Shown here in pieces: positions 59,799 through 64,000 of a DNA stretch of 64,000 nucleotides. Each line of letters starts with the position of its first letter. The first letter of the stretch is position 1. This DNA comes from an uncultured Poribacteria bacterium. Its GTDB lineage: Bacteria > Poribacteria > WGA-4E > WGA-3G. The stretch lies in NCBI GenBank assembly GCA_958296135.2, contig CATQHZ020000001.1, forward strand, positions 3,296,001 through 3,360,000, in the 5' to 3' direction. The position numbers and the translations under genes were made by a program. The notes under the pieces are model-generated. The model was not told the DNA's origin. It saw nothing but the letters and a program-made list of their open reading frames with translations, and did not search any database.

Positions 59799-60485
59799 CT
59801 AATCCGTTTCCGGAGCCTGCTCTGCATTCTCCGCTGGGCCCTGGGAGACGACGACTTGGGAAGCGCGAAGGACGCGAGTGTGCAACTGATACCCGCGCCG
59901 ATATTCCTCAACCACTTTGCCTTCAGGAACCTCATTCGATGGCACTGCAAGGATTGCTTGATGTTGGAGCGGGTCGAACGGTTGCCCAAGTGCCTCAATC
60001 GGCGTGAGCCCGTGGGCGTTGAGAGCATCCAGCAGCTGCTTTTGGACGAGCTGCACGCCTTCGCTGAAGTTAGCAAACTCCGTGTCGGTGTCGTTGGCAC
60101 CGGTCTTTTCAGCGACGCTTTTTATCGCCGCCTCAAGGCTATCCAACACGGGGATAACCCCTTCCAACAGGGCTTCATTGGCGTACTGAAGTTTCCGAAC
60201 CGTTTCGGCTTCCAACCGCTTTTTGGCGTTTTCTGCCTCGGCAGCGGTACGGAGGAGACGCTCGCGCTCTGCTTCATATTGTTCGCGCGCCGATGCTTCA
60301 ACCGCCTCCAACTGCTCCCTATACTCCGATTGGAGAGCCTCAAGTTCTGCTACCACAGCTTCAAGCGTGCGTTCTTGCGGTGCTGCACAAGTCTCTTCTT
60401 GCGTTGTCTCCAGTTCGTCCTCACACGCCGGAGCCGCTGGTGTATCAACTACAATTTCTATGGGAACCTCTTTAACGTCAGACAT
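59799..60485 (-). CDS. grpE: nucleotide exchange factor GrpE
   Basis: AEAENAKKR, FDPLQHQA, GYQLHTRVLRASQVVVS. Confidence 0.95.
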   Translation of the reverse strand: MSDVKEVPIEIVVDTPAAPACEDELETTQEETCAAPQERTLEAVVAELEALQSEYREQLEAVEASAREQYEAERERLLRTAAEAENAKKRLEAETVRKLQYANEALLEGVIPVLDSLEAAIKSVAEKTGANDTDTEFANFSEGVQLVQKQLLDALNAHGLTPIEALGQPFDPLQHQAILAVPSNEVPEGKVVEEYRRGYQLHTRVLRASQVVVSQGPAENAEQAPETD

Positions 60486-60570
60486 TATTCTTCCTTTGTT
60501 GGGTTAGGTATCGGGCATGCGCGTGTTGAAAGCGCGCCGGTTGCCCCGTGACTACTGAGTTTGGTTCGCG

Positions 60571-61317
60571 TTAGCCATGAACAGCATCGGCGAACTGTTT
60601 CATCAGTTCAAACGAGCCATTTTCTTCAAGCACATTGCCTGTGACGATGAAATCCGCCCCGGCGTTGACTTTTTTCTCGGCGAGCACTGGCGTGCGGATG
60701 CCGCCGCCGACAATCAATGGAATGTTGATGTACGCTTTCACTGCGGCAATCATCGCATCCGAGACAGCGTGCTTCGCGCCACTGCCAGCCTCCAAGTAGA
60801 CGAGCTTCATACCGAGGTATTGGGCGGCTAACGCGTGCGGGCCCGCGATATCCGGCTTATTGCGCGGAATCGGCATCGTGCCACTCACGAATTCAACAGC
60901 AGTTCGGTTGCCGCCTTCAATCAACAAGTAGCCGGTGGGGATGGGTTCTAGCGCGTAGCGTTGAATCCACGGCGCGGCTTTCACCTGTTCCCCGATGAGA
61001 TAGTTCGGGTTTCTGCCACTGATGAGGCTCATGTAGAGAATCGCATCGGCGTGTGCAGTGAGGTGCATTGAGTCCCCCGGGAAAAGCACGATAGGGAGGC
61101 GTGTCGCGTTTTTCAACGTTTCCGCAATCGGATGCAAGGCGGTTGTTAAAAAACTGCCGCCGAGCAGAATCGCATCTGCACCTGCCTGTTCAACGTCGCA
61201 TGCAAGCCGGGCGCACGTCGCAACCTCACACTGCTCCGGATCGAGCAGGACAAGATAGCCAGCACGATGTCTATTCAGGACCTCGTGGAAGTGGTTCAGA
61301 ACCCAATGTGAAGCCAA
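60571..61317 (-). CDS. geranylgeranylglyceryl phosphate synthase (PcrB/GGGPS, group II-like)
   Basis: LLDPE, GADAILLGGS, LFPG, SLISGRNPNYLIGEQ, YLEAGSGA, VGGGIR, TGN. Confidence 0.9.
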   Translation of the reverse strand: MASHWVLNHFHEVLNRHRAGYLVLLDPEQCEVATCARLACDVEQAGADAILLGGSFLTTALHPIAETLKNATRLPIVLFPGDSMHLTAHADAILYMSLISGRNPNYLIGEQVKAAPWIQRYALEPIPTGYLLIEGGNRTAVEFVSGTMPIPRNKPDIAGPHALAAQYLGMKLVYLEAGSGAKHAVSDAMIAAVKAYINIPLIVGGGIRTPVLAEKKVNAGADFIVTGNVLEENGSFELMKQFADAVHG

Positions 61318-61408
61318 ATGGAAACGTTCCTTCTCAATAAAGCGTTTACGGATTTGCGCGTGTTTCCCGCGCGTGTCCTAATTATTTTACCACATTTATG
61401 CCCATTTG

Positions 61409-62662
61409 TCAAATTATTCGCCGCGCCAATTCGTAGAGCAAAACGCCTGCAGCGACACCGACATTGAGCGACGCTTGGCTTTGCCTTCTTCCCGCTGCTG
61501 TTAGCACGCCAGGTGCCATCGGGATACCTACCAAGTCCGTGCAACCTTCGCGTGCCTGCACAGAAATACCGGTATGTTCATTGCCCACGACAACAGCGGT
61601 AGGCGGTTCAAGTTCTAGCGTGTAGAGGGATTTCTCGGTGTGCGCAGTCGCGCCTAGCACAGTCCAACCCGCCTTTTGAAGTGCTTCAAGTGCAGGTGCG
61701 GTATCCGCCGAGAAAAAGAGGGGAAAGCGGCCCACCGCGCCGCGCGCAGCACGAATGCAGTTTTTATGAAAAGGACTTGCGCCTTCGCCACACAGCAAAA
61801 CAGCAGAAACTCCTGCCGCGTCCGCTGTCCGCAGCGTCATTCCTAAATTATCAGGATTCCCGATATTTTCGGCGATGAGCAGCGTGCAACTCGGACTAAA
61901 GTGAAAATTTAGTTCATTAGATGCTGCCAAAAACCGGCGATAGTTGAGATGCACCGAAGCCACTACCAGCGGCACAGGACGAGTTGTGGTAACCGAACCC
62001 ATGATGCCATCGCTGACTTGGTAGTAGGCGAGATTCTCCGCATGCGCCCGCGTGAGAAGGCTTTTCCCTTCTGATGTCGCAAGGAAACCGGCAGTGTAGA
62101 GAATCGTTTCCACCGGCAATCCGTCTGCCACGGCGCGCGCAACGATGCGCGCCCCTTCTATCACAAATTGCTTGTGCGCAAGTTTGCCCTTTAAGGCGGT
62201 TAATTTCCGAAACTGTGAAGCGATTGCATCCTTGCGCCTCGAAATGGTTCGCCGTTCCGCCTTGTTCTCACTGCCCCGTTTGACACCCCGATAAAAGCAC
62301 CCTGCATCGGTTTGGACAAATTCACCCACTAGCACTTCCCTCAGCGCGTTGTCCATCCATGTCTCTGGGACATGAAACATGCCGATACTTTGCCGTGGAT
62401 AAGCGAGCAGAAGTTCGCGCAACGCCCTTTCCGTTGTGGCGGTGATGGACACTTCGTAGTCAACCCTTTCATTTTCCGCGTCCGTTTCGTGTGTCGTGCC
62501 CGTTGGCCACATTAGCATCACACCATCGATTTTTTGCCATCCAGAAACACTCACCTCATAGGAGCAATCCCCTGAGCGCGATGCCTTAAAACGGGAAACT
62601 GCATCGGAAACCTCGGTGCCTTCTCTCTCCAAAAAAGCGATGATGTTTTCGTAGATGTCCAT
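61409..62662 (-). CDS. TrmH/SpoU-family RNA methyltransferase with an extra N-terminal domain
   Basis: IEGARIV, NPDNLGMTLRTADAAG, GNEHTG, SLNVGVAAG. Confidence 0.88.
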   Translation of the reverse strand: MDIYENIIAFLEREGTEVSDAVSRFKASRSGDCSYEVSVSGWQKIDGVMLMWPTGTTHETDAENERVDYEVSITATTERALRELLLAYPRQSIGMFHVPETWMDNALREVLVGEFVQTDAGCFYRGVKRGSENKAERRTISRRKDAIASQFRKLTALKGKLAHKQFVIEGARIVARAVADGLPVETILYTAGFLATSEGKSLLTRAHAENLAYYQVSDGIMGSVTTTRPVPLVVASVHLNYRRFLAASNELNFHFSPSCTLLIAENIGNPDNLGMTLRTADAAGVSAVLLCGEGASPFHKNCIRAARGAVGRFPLFFSADTAPALEALQKAGWTVLGATAHTEKSLYTLELEPPTAVVVGNEHTGISVQAREGCTDLVGIPMAPGVLTAAGRRQSQASLNVGVAAGVLLYELARRII

Positions 62663-62664
62663 AA

Positions 62665-63540
62665 TTACCAAAACGTTCCGAGATAAATCGCCCCAAGCCC
62701 GATAAATATGTCCCACTTCATCCAGCGTTGAATGAAGGCGCAGTTTTCCTTAGCGGCATCTCTCCACAACCGAATGCCCAAGTAGAGGATAACCAGATCT
62801 ACGCCGAGCACAACAACCACTAAATAGATGCCTGAATACCACCCGAATAGGTACGGGATAGGACTCAACAAGATGACTACGGCTAAGCAGACTAACGCGA
62901 TTTTCACGGCGAGTCGCGGGTTGAGAATCGCCAGCGTCTTAACACCGTTTTTCAAGTCGCCCTCCGTGTCCTCGAGGTCTTTCACAATTTCGCGCGGCAA
63001 TGTGAACAAGAACGCGAACATTGCAGGAACAAGCGTGCCTGCCACCGATTCTATCGCTACGCCGCCGGCAATGAAGGTTAACCCTGTCAATCCGCTGACA
63101 ACTAGATTGCCAATGAACGGCGTGCGTTTCAGCCAGAGCGCGTAGGTGAAAACGGCGATGGAGACGAGCATCGCGATGCCGAGTGCGTAAACGTTGATGC
63201 ACGCGCCAAGCCCGATGCCAAGAGCGATGAGGCATATCGCAAAAATCAGCGCGGCGCGCCTGCGAATGCGCCCGGAAGGGAGCGGCCGCTGGGCCCTGTT
63301 GATGCAATCGATGTCGTAATCACAGTAATCGTTTATCGCGTTTCCAGCGGAGAGCAAGACAAGTGCCGAGACAGAGACAAGCCAGATTCGGATATCAATG
63401 AGGTTCTCCCACCTGTCTGCGCTAGCAAACATGCCACCGAGCCACGCGGAAACAAAAGCGATGACACCATTCAGTGGGCGCGCCAACTCAACATAATTTT
63501 TCGTCTGTCGCAATGCGTTCGATAAAGTAGATTGGTGCAA
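62665..63540 (-). CDS. UbiA prenyltransferase, digeranylgeranylglyceryl phosphate synthase (DGGGPS)-like
   Basis: ELARP.N, GNAINDYCDYDIDCINRAQRPLPSG, LKRTPFIGN, REIVKDLEDTEGD, MKW. Confidence 0.82.
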   Translation of the reverse strand: MHQSTLSNALRQTKNYVELARPLNGVIAFVSAWLGGMFASADRWENLIDIRIWLVSVSALVLLSAGNAINDYCDYDIDCINRAQRPLPSGRIRRRAALIFAICLIALGIGLGACINVYALGIAMLVSIAVFTYALWLKRTPFIGNLVVSGLTGLTFIAGGVAIESVAGTLVPAMFAFLFTLPREIVKDLEDTEGDLKNGVKTLAILNPRLAVKIALVCLAVVILLSPIPYLFGWYSGIYLVVVVLGVDLVILYLGIRLWRDAAKENCAFIQRWMKWDIFIGLGAIYLGTFW

Positions 63541-63638
63541 TCACATGTTCCTGCGTAAACCGTCATTACGGTGCCGGTCAAACTGCCGATGCAGCTCGCC
63601 TCTCTTGAGAGGCGTAACGGTGTCAATGACTACGTTCT
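63497..63638 (-). repeat. family A element with an insertion in its hairpin loop; supplies the TTG start of the UbiA gene
   Basis: ACGTAGTCATTGAC[insert]GTAATGACGGTTTACG…TTGCACCAA…TCGAACGCATTGCGACAGACGAAAAA. Confidence 0.8.
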
Positions 63639-63668
63639 TGATGCTACGGACAGCTCCTCGCGCGCCGC

Positions 63669-64000
63669 TTAATCTTTGCCCTCCAACGCTCGGATTTTCG
63701 CCTCCAATTCCACCACTCGTTTCTGGAGTTTGGTAAATTCAGGGAGAAGTTCGGGCAATTTTCGGGTGGCGGCGTGGATGCGCAATTCTTGTTGATGAGG
63801 CCGCGCGGGAAACCCGGAGAGATGACTGCCGGGCGGCATATCCTTCGTCACCGCGGATTTCGCGTAAACGACACTGTCATCACCGAGGGTGAGATGCCCG
63901 GCCGCCCCTGCATGTCCCGCGATGTTCACCCGGTTACCGATGATAGTGCTCCCCGCGATGCCGGCTTGCGCGGCGATGCAACAATCTTCTCCGATAACCA
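63669..64000 (-). CDS. lpxD: UDP-3-O-acylglucosamine N-acyltransferase (partial, C-terminal part)
   Basis: Hexapeptide repeats VIGEDCCIAAQAGIAGSTIIG…GHLTLGD…SGFPARP and C-terminal coiled coil. Confidence 0.9.
   Translation of the reverse strand, partial: VIGEDCCIAAQAGIAGSTIIGNRVNIAGHAGAAGHLTLGDDSVVYAKSAVTKDMPPGSHLSGFPARPHQQELRIHAATRKLPELLPEFTKLQKRVVELEAKIRALEGKD

Noticed and set aside
61470-61512. Repeat-derived insert in TrmH (GVLTAAGRRQSQA)
   Set aside because: It looks like an insertion, but I could not match it convincingly to a repeat family here.

Overview
A 64 kb stretch of bacterial chromosome, GC-rich by eye, from a diderm organism (lpxD, lipid A acyltransferase). C-terminal 'KLxxxWGxLK' tails on secreted proteins, phytanoyl-CoA dioxygenases and a DUF6785-like permease suggest Candidatus Poribacteria (inference). 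Gene content: an expanded pst operon (pstSCA, a K+ channel, three pstB, an extra permease, phoU) with phoB nearby; an Rpn-family nuclease with a duplicated C-terminal mini-gene; a Type IIG-like R-M fusion; a frameshifted Dam-type methylase; M32, M28 and S41 peptidases; zapA, aroE, IOR, recN, nadK, prmA, dnaJ, grpE. Two things stand out. (1) Several families of GTAG/CTAG-led palindromic repeats are dense here, notably a ~90 bp element with an AAC-loop hairpin. They sit in intergenic DNA, are inserted in frame in conserved proteins (RecN, IOR x4, DUF368, AroE, PrmA, two ABC ATPases, HAD, LpxL, R-M), supply start codons, N-termini and TAG stops to host genes, nest inside each other and amplify in tandem. 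(2) An archaeal-type ether-lipid gene pair (group II GGGP synthase plus DGGGP-synthase-like UbiA) lies directly downstream of lpxD. No rRNA, tRNA, CRISPR array or RAYT/IS transposase was recognised. All calls come from reading motifs by eye; no searches were run, and repeat boundaries are approximate.
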